Below the pieces are notes generated by a model. That model searched no databases, had not been told where the DNA came from, and worked only from the letters and a program-made list of their open reading frames with translations. Made by a program: the position numbers and the translations under genes. Positions 55,760 through 64,000 of a stretch of 64,000 nucleotides of DNA are shown piece after piece (position 1 is the first letter of the stretch; every line of letters begins with the position of its first letter). Source of the stretch: Nannocystis bainbridge (lineage in GTDB: Bacteria; Myxococcota_A; Polyangia; Nannocystales; Nannocystaceae); assembly GCF_028368995.1 (NCBI RefSeq), contig NZ_JAQNDL010000002.1, positions 545,724 through 609,723 of the forward strand. The letters are read 5' to 3'.

Positions 55760-56133
55760 AAGCGCGGCCGGGATTTTCGCGCCGCGCTCTGGCCCTGCGG
55801 GTGTGTCGACGCGGCCGACCGCTCGAGCGCGGCCGGCGGCGACGCAGTCCTCGACCTCGCGCGCGATGGCGCTGCCGCCCGCGGCGGTGATCGCGGACAC
55901 GAAGTCCGGGGCTGCCTGTTCGGCCAGGTCTCGTGACGATGGCGATCCGCGGCCGCTCGCTGTCGTCATGGCGAGGCACCGAGAGGCCGCAGGACCCGCC
56001 GCAATACCAAAAGGGGCGAAGATGTGAGCTTGCGCCCTGTCCGTGGCCTGGAGCACGCGGCTCGGGTGGCCACGGAGGACGATGACTGCTGCTTGTCGTC
56101 TCCAGGGCGTTCCCCGTAGGATGCGCCGACCCC

Positions 56134-56421
56134 ATGACAGATGCCGCCCCGCCCGACGCGCTGGTCCGCGAGATCAAGGAGCTCATCATCGAGGCCCTGA
56201 TGCTGCAGGACATGACCCCCGAGGACATCGACCCCGAGGCGCCGCTGCTGGTCGAGGGGCTGGGTCTGGACTCGATCGACGTGCTCGAGCTGGCGATGGC
56301 GATCGGCAAGAAGTACGGCGTCAAGACCCGGGCCGATGACGCGCAGAACCGGCACATCTTCGCCAGCGTGACCAACCTGGCCCGCTTCGTCCAAGAACAG
56401 CGCGCTGCGGCGGCGGGCTGA
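56134..56421 (+). CDS. acyl carrier protein
   Basis: Phosphopantetheine attachment motif LGLDSIDVLEL. 95 aa, acidic. Confidence 0.85.
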   Translation: MTDAAPPDALVREIKELIIEALMLQDMTPEDIDPEAPLLVEGLGLDSIDVLELAMAIGKKYGVKTRADDAQNRHIFASVTNLARFVQEQRAAAAG

Positions 56422-56429
56422 GGCCGGGC

Positions 56430-57080
56430 ATGGCGGACCCTGGTGGCGAGCCGCGGCGAGCCGCGGGGGTCCCGAGGTGGATTCCGGCGGTGCTGCGATC
56501 GATCGTGATCGGCGGCTATCCGCTGGTGGTCTACTTCGGCATGACGCGCTGGAACCCGCGCACGCTGGCGCTGGTGCTCGCGGTCGCGCTGCTGCCGGGG
56601 CTGGTGCTGCGCCTGCGCGAGGCCCGGCGCGAGGACCTGTGGCCGGTGCTGCGGGTGCCGCTGTCGCTGTTCGGGCTGTTCGCCGTGGCGGCGCTGTCGG
56701 GCGAGCAGCGGCTGTTCATGGCCCTGCCGGTGCTGGTCAACCTCGGGCTGCTCGCCAACTTCGCGGCCAGCCTGCGGGGGCCGGTGTCGCTGGTCGAACG
56801 GTTCGCGCGCCTGCAGGAGCCCGAGCTGCCGCCGGGCGGGCCGGCGTACTGCCGCACCTGGACCAAGATCTGGTGCGGGTTCTTCGTCGCCAACGCGGCG
56901 GTCAGCGCCGGCCTGGCGCTGTGGGCCCCGGCGTCGTGGTGGATGCTCTACACCGGGCTTTTGGGGTACCTGCTGATCGGGGTAATGTTCACCGTCGAGT
57001 TCATCGTCCGCAAAGTGACGTTCCGTCGCTTCGGCGACGGGCTGCCCGACCGCCTGCTCCGCCGCTTGCTCCGCGCATGA
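56430..57080 (+). CDS. integral membrane protein (cluster-associated, unknown function)
   Basis: Five to six TM helices. Its stop overlaps the next start (ATGA). Confidence 0.65.
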   Translation: MADPGGEPRRAAGVPRWIPAVLRSIVIGGYPLVVYFGMTRWNPRTLALVLAVALLPGLVLRLREARREDLWPVLRVPLSLFGLFAVAALSGEQRLFMALPVLVNLGLLANFAASLRGPVSLVERFARLQEPELPPGGPAYCRTWTKIWCGFFVANAAVSAGLALWAPASWWMLYTGLLGYLLIGVMFTVEFIVRKVTFRRFGDGLPDRLLRRLLRA

Positions 57081-58999
57081 GGTCCTTCGTCCCGCTCGTC
57101 CACACCGATCCCGCGGCGCCGGTCGCCGTGGGCGAGGCCGTGCGCACGGCGGGCGAGCTGATGCGCGACGCGCGAGCGGTGGCTGCCAGGCTGCCGGCGG
57201 CGACCGCGGGCAGCGAGGTGCTGGTGGTCTGCGGCGATCGCTACCACCTGGCAGTGACGACCCTGGCGGCGTGGCTGCGCGGCCACGCGGTCGCGCTGCC
57301 GCCCAACGCCCAGCCGGCGGCGGTGCGCGCGCTGGCCGGGCGAGCCTCGGTGGTCGCGCTGCTGCACGACTCGGACCTGGCTGACGCGCAGGACGTCCGC
57401 GAGTGGCTCCCGGAGCATGTCCCCGGGGACATGACCGATCCGACATGGCCCGAAGCGCTGGCGGCGGACCGCCGGCTGGCGGTGGTGTACACCTCGGGCA
57501 GCACCGGCGACCACCAGCCGTGCGTCAAGACGGCGGCGCAGCTGCTCGGCGAGGCGCAGACGCTGGCGGCCACGTTCGCGCTGCGGGCCGGCGAGGTGGC
57601 GCTGGCGACGGTGCCGCCGTATCACCTGTACGGGCTGCTGTTCGGGATCCTGGCGCCGCTGGCCGCCGGGGCGGCGTTCGCCCGCGAGACGCCGCTGCAC
57701 GCCGAGACGGTGGCCCACGTGGCGCGTCAGGTGGCGGCGACGGTGCTGGTCAGCACGCCGGCGCACCTGCGCGGGCTGACGGTGCTGCAGCGCGGCGACC
57801 TGCCGCCGCTGTCGCGGGTGTTCTCGTCGGGCGCGCCGCTGCCGCGGGCGACCGCGGACGAGCTGTTGACGGGGCTCGGGCTGCAGGTGACCGAGGTGTA
57901 CGGCTCGTCCGAGACCGGCGGGATCGGCTGGCGTCGGCACGAGGATGTCTCGGGGGACATGTCCCCGGAGACAGCCTGGGCGCCGCTGCCGGGGGTCGCG
58001 GCCGAGGTAGCGAGCGACGGGCGGCTGCTGCTGCGCTCGCCGTTCCTGGCCCCGGACGCGCCGGTGCCGTACCCGTGCGAGGACCGGATCGAGCTCGACG
58101 CGCGCGGCGGGTTCCACCTGCGCGGGCGGCTCGACGGGGTGGTGAAGATCGCCGGCAAGCGGGTGGCGGTCGCCGAGGTCGAGCAGCGGCTGCTGGCGCT
58201 GACGGCGGTGGCCGACGCGGCGGTGGTGGCGGTCGAGTCGCCGGGGGCCCGCGGGCACGAGCTGGTGGCCGCGATCGTGGGCCGCGAGGCCGGGCGCGAC
58301 GCCGGCGAGCTGGTCGCGGAGCTGCGCCGGGCGCTGCTGCCGTGGTTCGACCCGGTGGTGGTGCCGCGGCGGATCAAGGTGGTGCCGGCGCTGCCGCGCG
58401 AGCCGAGCGGGAAGCTGACGCGGCGCAAGCTGCACGCGCTGCTCGGGCTCGACGCGCCAGCGGGCGCGGAGAATGAAGGCACGGCGGCCGGGCGAGGTGG
58501 CGCGAGGGACATGTCCGCGGGGACAGCCAACGAGGCCGCAGGCGGCGTGAAGGACATGTCCTCGGGGACAGCCGCGGCGGGCACGCCGGCGACCGAAGGA
58601 GATGGCGCGAGGGACATGTCCTCCGGGACATCGAGTGAGACCCGCGCGTTCGCGCTGCGCGGGCACGTGCGGCGCGACGACGGCGAGGCTTCGGTGCACG
58701 AGGTCGAGGTCGGGGTGCCGGTCGACCTGGCGTTCTTCCGCGGGCACTTCGAGGGGCGGCCGGTGCTGCCGGGGGTGGCGCAGCTGACGGCGCTGGTGGT
58801 GCCGCAGGTGGCGGCGCTGCGGCCGGAGCTGGGGCGGCTGCGGCGGGCGGCGCGGCTCAAGTTCACCCGGCCGATCGCGCCGGGCGACGCGCTGGTGCTG
58901 CGGCTCGAGGTCCGCGGGACGCAGGTTCGCTTCTCGCTGGCGCGCGCGGGCGAGGTGGTCACGGCGGGCGCGCTCGAGTACGACGCGCGCGGTGGTTGA
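57077..58999 (+). CDS. AMP-dependent synthetase/ligase fused to C-terminal FabZ/FabA-like hotdog dehydratase
   Basis: AMP-binding motif VVYTSGSTGDHQPC and EVYGSSETGG. C-terminal FFRGHFEGRPVLPGVAQLTAL. The interdomain linker carries RDMSAGT/KDMSSGT/RDMSSGT copies of the palindromic element. Confidence 0.8.
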   Translation: MRSFVPLVHTDPAAPVAVGEAVRTAGELMRDARAVAARLPAATAGSEVLVVCGDRYHLAVTTLAAWLRGHAVALPPNAQPAAVRALAGRASVVALLHDSDLADAQDVREWLPEHVPGDMTDPTWPEALAADRRLAVVYTSGSTGDHQPCVKTAAQLLGEAQTLAATFALRAGEVALATVPPYHLYGLLFGILAPLAAGAAFARETPLHAETVAHVARQVAATVLVSTPAHLRGLTVLQRGDLPPLSRVFSSGAPLPRATADELLTGLGLQVTEVYGSSETGGIGWRRHEDVSGDMSPETAWAPLPGVAAEVASDGRLLLRSPFLAPDAPVPYPCEDRIELDARGGFHLRGRLDGVVKIAGKRVAVAEVEQRLLALTAVADAAVVAVESPGARGHELVAAIVGREAGRDAGELVAELRRALLPWFDPVVVPRRIKVVPALPREPSGKLTRRKLHALLGLDAPAGAENEGTAAGRGGARDMSAGTANEAAGGVKDMSSGTAAAGTPATEGDGARDMSSGTSSETRAFALRGHVRRDDGEASVHEVEVGVPVDLAFFRGHFEGRPVLPGVAQLTALVVPQVAALRPELGRLRRAARLKFTRPIAPGDALVLRLEVRGTQVRFSLARAGEVVTAGALEYDARGG

Positions 59000-59027
59000 T
59001 ATGGTCGGAGGGACGGACGAGCGCGAG

Positions 59028-59825
59028 ATGGCCCGAGGGCCAGGTGACGTGTCCGCCGGGACAGCCGCGTTCCGGCCGTGCGCGCTGATCCCGACCTACG
59101 ACAACCCGCGGACGGTGCGCGACGTGGTGCTGCGGGTCAAGGCGCACCTGCCCGCCGTGGTGGTGATCGACGACGGCTCGGGCCCGGAGGGGCGGGCGGC
59201 GGTCGAGGCGATCGGGGCCGAGGGGCTGGCGCACGTGCGCCGGCGGACGCAAAACGGCGGCAAGGGGGCGGCGGTCAAGACCGGGTTCCAGTTCGCCCAC
59301 GAGCTCGGCTACACCCACGCGCTGCAGGTCGACGCCGACGGGCAACATGACCTCGGGGACATCCCGCGCTTCCTCGCGACCGCGCAGGCGCGGCCGGACG
59401 CGCTGGTGCTGGGGGCCCCGGTGTACGACGCCTCGGCGCCGAAGGGCCGGCTCATCGCCCGCAAGATCACCCTGTTCTGGACCGACTTCGAGGCCGGGCG
59501 CGGCGTCATCACCGACCCGATGTGCGGCTTCCGGGTCTACCCGCTGACGCCGGCGCTGGCGCTCGGGCGCACCGGCGACCGCATGGACTTCGACATCGAG
59601 ATCGCGGTGCGGCTGGTGTGGGCCGGGGTGCCGGTGATCAACCTGCCGACGAAGGTCCGCTATATCGGCCGCGACGAGGGCGGGGTGTCGCACTTCCGGG
59701 TGTTCGGCGACAACGTCAAGATCTCGTGGCTGCACACCCGGCTGTCGTTCCAGCGGGTGATGGTGCGCCCGTGGCTCGACCTCTACCGCCGCCTGCGCCG
59801 CCCGGCGCTGCCAGCCGGCCGCTGA
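59028..59825 (+). CDS. family-2 glycosyltransferase
   Basis: CALIPTYDNPRTVRDVVLRV...VVVIDDGSGPEG...QVDADGQHD has the GT2 DxD architecture. Confidence 0.75.
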   Translation: MARGPGDVSAGTAAFRPCALIPTYDNPRTVRDVVLRVKAHLPAVVVIDDGSGPEGRAAVEAIGAEGLAHVRRRTQNGGKGAAVKTGFQFAHELGYTHALQVDADGQHDLGDIPRFLATAQARPDALVLGAPVYDASAPKGRLIARKITLFWTDFEAGRGVITDPMCGFRVYPLTPALALGRTGDRMDFDIEIAVRLVWAGVPVINLPTKVRYIGRDEGGVSHFRVFGDNVKISWLHTRLSFQRVMVRPWLDLYRRLRRPALPAGR

Positions 59826-60083
59826 CCGAGAGGACAGGTTCGATCGGCCATGGCGCAGCAGGCAGGTTTGAAAGGACATGTCCCGGGGGACAGCCGCGAC
59901 GAGGCCGCGAGCGGCGGAGCGGCGGCCGGCGCGGGCGGAGCGAACGGGCGCGGGGCGATGGTCGGCGCGGGCGGCGGGGCAGCGGCCGGTGATGCGAGCG
60001 AGCGCGGGCCGATGGTCGTGGCGAGCGGCGGTGGGGAGAGCCAGGCGGCGGTCGTCGCGGGCGCGGGCGGCGATCGGGCGTGG

Positions 60084-60962
60084 ATGACCCGGCCCGAGCG
60101 CGGGACGGTGCTGGGGATCCGGGCGACGCTGCTGTTCTGCCGGGTGTTCGGGCGCCGCGGGGCGGGGGCGCTGCTGGCGGTGATCACGTTCTACTACGCG
60201 CTGTTCGCCGGGGCCGCGCGCCGGGCCTCGCAGGACTACCTGCGGCGGATCGGCCAGCCGCATGGCTTTTGGGCCAGCTGGCGCCACATCTACACGTTCG
60301 CCCGCTGCGCGCTCGACCGCGTGTTCCTGGTCCGCGGCGAGACCTCGCGGTTCCGCGTGACGCACACGGGCATCGAGCACCTGCGGGCGCTGCAGCAGCA
60401 GGGCAAGGGGGCGCTGCTGCTCGGGGCGCACCTCGGCTCGTTCGAGGCGATGCGGGCCAGCAGCGTCGACAAGCGGCTGCCGATCCACATCCTCGCGTAC
60501 TGGCAGAACGCGAAGATGATCAACGATTTCTTGCGCACCGTCGGGGCCGACTTCGACGTGCGCGTGATCCCGATCGACCCGCGTGACACCAGCTACATCC
60601 TGGCGGCGAAGGAGGCGATCGAGCGGGGCGAGCTGGTGGCCGTGCTCGGCGACCGGGTCGGGGTCAACGACAAGACCTGCACGGCCGACTTCCTGGGCGC
60701 TCCGGCGCGCTTCCCGACCGGGCCGTACACCCTCGCGGCGCTGCTAAAGTGCCCGATTTACTTGACTTTCGGGCTTTACCACGGGCCCGACCGCTACGAT
60801 CTTTATTGCGAGCCCTTCGCCGAACAATTAGAACTGCCCAGAGGCCGCCGCGAGGCCGCCACCGCCGCCCATGTCCAGCGCTACGCCGAACGCCTCGAGC
60901 ACTACTGCCGCCTCGCGCCGCTCAACTGGTTCAACTTCTACGAGTTCTGGAGGGCGGAGTGA
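60084..60962 (+). CDS. LpxL/HtrB-like lipid A biosynthesis (lauroyl) acyltransferase family protein
   Basis: TVLGIRATLLFCRVFGRRGAGALLAVITFYYALF...GALLLGAHLGSFEAM...IHILAYWQNAKMIN. An N-terminal Gly/Ala-rich extension (59850-60083) is probably untranslated. Confidence 0.7.
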   Translation: MTRPERGTVLGIRATLLFCRVFGRRGAGALLAVITFYYALFAGAARRASQDYLRRIGQPHGFWASWRHIYTFARCALDRVFLVRGETSRFRVTHTGIEHLRALQQQGKGALLLGAHLGSFEAMRASSVDKRLPIHILAYWQNAKMINDFLRTVGADFDVRVIPIDPRDTSYILAAKEAIERGELVAVLGDRVGVNDKTCTADFLGAPARFPTGPYTLAALLKCPIYLTFGLYHGPDRYDLYCEPFAEQLELPRGRREAATAAHVQRYAERLEHYCRLAPLNWFNFYEFWRAE

Positions 60963-62488
60963 GTAACGCGCGCGTGCTGCTGGTGGGGCCCGCCGGGCTC
61001 GGCCTCGACGACGTGATCCAGCTGGCCGAAGGGACAGCCTTCCCGGCGCTCGACGACGCGCCGGAGTACCGGGCGCTGTTGGCCCGCGGCGCCGATCACC
61101 TGGCGCGGCGGCTGGCCGCGGGCGAGGTCGTGTACGGGGTCACGACCGGGTTCGGCGACTCGTGCGAGACGGCGGTGCCGGCCGAGCACGTGCCGTCGAT
61201 GCCGGTCAACCTGATGCGCTTCCACGGCTGCGGCACCGGGCGGATCCTCGACGAGGTCGAGGCGGCCGCGGTGGTCGCGGTGCGGCTGGTGGCGCTGGCG
61301 CGCGGCTGGTCGGGCGTGCGGGTCGAGGTGCTCGAGCGGCTGTGCGACTTGCTGAGGCACCGCCTGTTGCCGCGGATCCCCGCCGAGGGCTCGGTCGGGG
61401 CCAGCGGCGACCTGACGCCGCTGTCGTACGTGGTCGCGGCGCTGGTCGGCGAGCGCGAGGTCTGGTTCAAGGGACAGGTGGCGCCGGCGGCCGAGGCCCT
61501 GCGCGCGGCCGGCATCCCGCAGCTGACGCTGCAGCCCAAGGAGAGCCTGGCGCTGATGAACGGGACCAGCGTCATGGTCGGGCTCGGTTGCCTGGCGGTC
61601 GCCCGCGCGCAGCGGCTGGCGCGCCTGTGCGCGGCGCTGACGGCGATGGGCAGCGACGTGCTCGGCGGCAACCCCGCTCACTTCGACGACCGCATCTTCG
61701 CCGCCAAGCCGCACCCGGGCCAGAGAGCCGTGGCGGGGTGGATCCGCGAGGATATCGAGTTCCCGCGGCCCGCAGCCCCCGCGCGCATCCAGGACCGTTA
61801 TTCGATCCGCTGCGCCCCGCACGTGATCGGGGTCCTCGTCGACGCGCTACCCTGGGTCCGGCAGTGGCTCGAGGTCGAGATCGTCGGCGCCAACGACAAC
61901 CCGCTGGTCGACCCGGAGACCGGCGAGGTGCTGCACGGCGGCAACTTCTACGGCGGGCACGCCTGCTTCGCGCTCGACGCCCTGAAGACGGCGGTGGCCA
62001 ACCTCGCCGACCTCGTCGATCGCCAGGTCGCGCTGGTCTGCAACCCCGACACGAACGCGGGCCTGCCGGCCAACCTGGTCGCGCGCACCGGCCCCGATCG
62101 CGCGGCGCATCACGGCTTCAAGGCGATGCAGATCTCGACCTCGGCGCTGGCGGCCGAGGCGTTGAAGCTGACGATGCCGGCCAGCGTCTTCAGCCGCAGC
62201 ACCGAATGCCACAACCAGGACAAGGTGAGCATGGGCACGATCGCGGCGCGCGACTGCCTGCGGATCGTCGAGCTGACCGAGACGGTCGCCGCGATCGGGC
62301 TGCTCACCATGTGCCAGGCGGTCGACCTGCGCTCGGGTCACAACGTGCACGCGCGGGCGCGCACGCTCCACGAGGCGGTCCGCAGGGTGGTGCCGATGGT
62401 CGACGCCGACCGCCGCCAGGACCACGACATCGCCGCGGTGTTGACGCTGATGCGCGCGGGCGCGTTGCCGATCGGAGCGCTGCCGTGA
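60959..62488 (+). CDS. MIO-dependent aromatic amino-acid ammonia-lyase (HAL/PAL/TAL family)
   Basis: MIO motif GSVGASGDLTPLSYVVAALVG, NGTSVMVGLG, and GGNFYGGHACFALD. GTG start overlaps the preceding stop (GTGA). Confidence 0.88.
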   Translation: MSNARVLLVGPAGLGLDDVIQLAEGTAFPALDDAPEYRALLARGADHLARRLAAGEVVYGVTTGFGDSCETAVPAEHVPSMPVNLMRFHGCGTGRILDEVEAAAVVAVRLVALARGWSGVRVEVLERLCDLLRHRLLPRIPAEGSVGASGDLTPLSYVVAALVGEREVWFKGQVAPAAEALRAAGIPQLTLQPKESLALMNGTSVMVGLGCLAVARAQRLARLCAALTAMGSDVLGGNPAHFDDRIFAAKPHPGQRAVAGWIREDIEFPRPAAPARIQDRYSIRCAPHVIGVLVDALPWVRQWLEVEIVGANDNPLVDPETGEVLHGGNFYGGHACFALDALKTAVANLADLVDRQVALVCNPDTNAGLPANLVARTGPDRAAHHGFKAMQISTSALAAEALKLTMPASVFSRSTECHNQDKVSMGTIAARDCLRIVELTETVAAIGLLTMCQAVDLRSGHNVHARARTLHEAVRRVVPMVDADRRQDHDIAAVLTLMRAGALPIGALP

Positions 62489-62889
62489 GCCGCCTTCACG
62501 AGGTCTCGGTCGAGTTCGAGGTCCCGTTCCACGATGTCGACATCCTCAACATCGTCTGGCACGGGCACTACTACAAGTACATGGAGATCGGCCGGACCGC
62601 GCTGATGCGCTCGCGCGGGCTCGACGTCGCCGACATCCGCGGCGCGGGTTACGCCCTGCTGCTGGTCGACAGCCACTGCCGCTACACCTACCCGCTGCGC
62701 TACGCCGACCGCGCCCGCGTCGACGCGTGGTTCGTCGCGGTTGCGCCGCGCCTGGTCGTGGCCTATCGCATCCGCAACCTCAAGGACGACCGCTGCTCGG
62801 CTCGCGGGCAGACGATCCTCGTCACCACCGACCAGGATGGTCGCCTCTTGCAGGAGACGCCCGATGCTCTGCTCCAGCGGCTGGTATAG
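62485..62889 (+). CDS. 4-hydroxybenzoyl-CoA thioesterase-like hotdog thioesterase
   Basis: VSRLHEVSVEFEVPFHDVDILNIVWHGHYYKYMEIGRTALM has the YbgC/4HBT fold signature. GTG start overlaps the ammonia-lyase stop. Confidence 0.7.
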   Translation: MSRLHEVSVEFEVPFHDVDILNIVWHGHYYKYMEIGRTALMRSRGLDVADIRGAGYALLLVDSHCRYTYPLRYADRARVDAWFVAVAPRLVVAYRIRNLKDDRCSARGQTILVTTDQDGRLLQETPDALLQRLV

Positions 62890-62944
62890 CCCACGCTCCC
62901 GTCTGTCCTTCCGGACAGGTCTTTTCAGACATGTCCTCACGGTC

Positions 62945-63637
62945 ATGGCGGTCACGATCGCCGCGGTCGCGCCGCTCGGCCAGGCCCAGGCGGTCGAGCC
63001 GCTGCCGGTGACGGTCGCGGCGCCGCTGGTCACCAGCATCACGCTCGACCAACTGCTGGGCCAGTTCGCCGGCATGAGCGGGCTGCAGGCGACGTTCCGC
63101 GAGGAGAAGCGGATGGCGCTGCTGGCGGCGCCGCTGGTCAACGAGGGCACCATCTATTTCGTGCCGAACGGCAAGAAGCCGCGCCTGGCCCGCCACACGG
63201 CCAAGCCGGCGCGCTCGGTGGTGGTGATCGACGGCTCGGCGCTCAAGCTGGCCGACGACGCCGGCCGCGAGGAGATCGCGCTCGACAAGAGCCCGATGGT
63301 GCGGCTGTTCATCGACTCGTTCATCAAGATCTTCGCCGGCGACCGCGAGGCGCTGACGAACATGTACGCGATGGACCTGCAGGCCGAGGGCCAGCGCTGG
63401 ACGCTGAAGCTGAAGCCGAAGCTGACGCCGCTCGACAAGCTGATCGAGCGGGTCGAGATCGCCGGCGACGGGGTCGTGATCGCGTCGATGCGGGTGGTCG
63501 AGGTCGGCGGCGACGAGGCCGTGACCACGTTCTCGGCCGTCGACGCGACCCGCAAGTTCTCCACCGAGGAGCTGACGGCGCTGTTCAGCCTGCCGCCGAA
63601 GCCGGCCCCGGTCGCGGCCGCGCCGGCGAGCCGCTGA
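62945..63637 (+). CDS. LolA-like outer-membrane lipoprotein carrier family protein
   Basis: MAVTIAAVAPLGQAQA then TFREEKRMALLAAPLVNEGTIYFVPNGKKPRLA...RWTLKLKPK. A hairpin CTGTCC-TTCC-GGACAG sits immediately upstream. Confidence 0.65.
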   Translation: MAVTIAAVAPLGQAQAVEPLPVTVAAPLVTSITLDQLLGQFAGMSGLQATFREEKRMALLAAPLVNEGTIYFVPNGKKPRLARHTAKPARSVVVIDGSALKLADDAGREEIALDKSPMVRLFIDSFIKIFAGDREALTNMYAMDLQAEGQRWTLKLKPKLTPLDKLIERVEIAGDGVVIASMRVVEVGGDEAVTTFSAVDATRKFSTEELTALFSLPPKPAPVAAAPASR

Positions 63638-63658
63638 GGCGGCCTTCCGCACCTGCTC

Positions 63659-64000
63659 CATGGAACCTGCCCGATCAGACAGGCCGAGCGCATGGCGGGC
63701 GGGGATCGGCGCGGCGATCGTCGCCGGGCTGGCGGCGTTCTGCGCCCTGCGCCTGCAGGTGGTCACCGACATCACCGCGTTCATGGCCGACGTCGCCGAC
63801 CCCAAGCTGGCGGCGCTGTCGCGCGGGATGGCCAGCTCGGAGCTGACGCGCACGCTGGTGCTGTCGGTCTCGGACGAGCGCGGCGAGCCGGACGTGGCGA
63901 TCGCCGGGGCGCGGGCGCTGGCCGATCGGCTGCAGAACCGGCCCGAGGTGGCGTGGCTGCGCACGGGGCCGGGCGAGCTGCACGCCGAGGCGATCCACAA
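63659..64000 (+). CDS. MMPL/RND-type exporter, partial (continues beyond window end)
   Basis: MEPARSDRPSAWRAGIGAAIVAGLAAFCALRLQVVTDITAFMADVADPKLAALSRGMASSELTRTLVLSV matches the N-terminus of aryl-polyene-cluster exporters. Confidence 0.65.

Noticed and set aside
59850-60083. Gly/Ala-rich N-terminal extension of the LpxL-like acyltransferase ORF
   Set aside because: It is low-complexity and contains the palindromic element. A conserved-looking N-terminus starts at MTRPERG (60084).
1-64000. Search for tRNA, rRNA, IS/transposase, integrase, phage genes
   Set aside because: I found no cloverleaf-like conserved tRNA features, rRNA signatures, DDE or tyrosine-recombinase motifs while scanning. 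The repeats present are short hairpin elements, not IS elements.

Overview
This is a 64 kb, very GC-rich (about 70% or more) chromosomal segment with no rRNA, tRNA, CRISPR array or transposase that I could see. It looks myxobacterial to me, though the family assignments behind that are my own pattern reads: seven paralogous cysteine-rich lipoproteins (several with CGDG...ECD repeats), a 3215-aa TPR protein, many lipoproteins, and pervasive antisense shadow ORFs. I call about 50 CDSs. They include an FtsW/RodA SEDS protein, S-formylglutathione hydrolase, a PAP2 phosphatase, a TetR regulator with a histone-H1-like tail, an S41 peptidase, a two-unit M16 peptidase, two SDRs, an XRE regulator with a membrane-protein partner, and a TonB-C lipoprotein. 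At the 3' end (56.1-64.0 kb) there is an aryl-polyene/flexirubin-type lipid-pigment cluster: ACP, AMP-ligase fused to a FabZ-like dehydratase, GT2, LpxL-like acyltransferase, MIO ammonia-lyase, hotdog thioesterase, LolA-like protein and an MMPL exporter that runs off the window. Two things stand out most. First, a highly iterated palindromic hairpin element family (arms CACCTGTCCC/GGGACAGGTG, core GGACATGTCC) forms BIME-like intergenic clusters and a 13-bp x13 tandem array. It also sits in frame inside disordered linkers of real proteins, giving GDMS/DMSSGT-type peptide insertions. Second, a two-gene operon pairs a LysM plus PG-binding protein with a 1780-aa protein that carries an N-terminal Ulp1/C48-like cysteine-protease signature and an internal snapalysin-like HExxHxxGxxD metzincin motif. 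That looks like an undescribed cell-wall-associated dual-protease effector. Coordinates of starts, and of features I read directly from the sequence lines, may be off by 1-2 nt.
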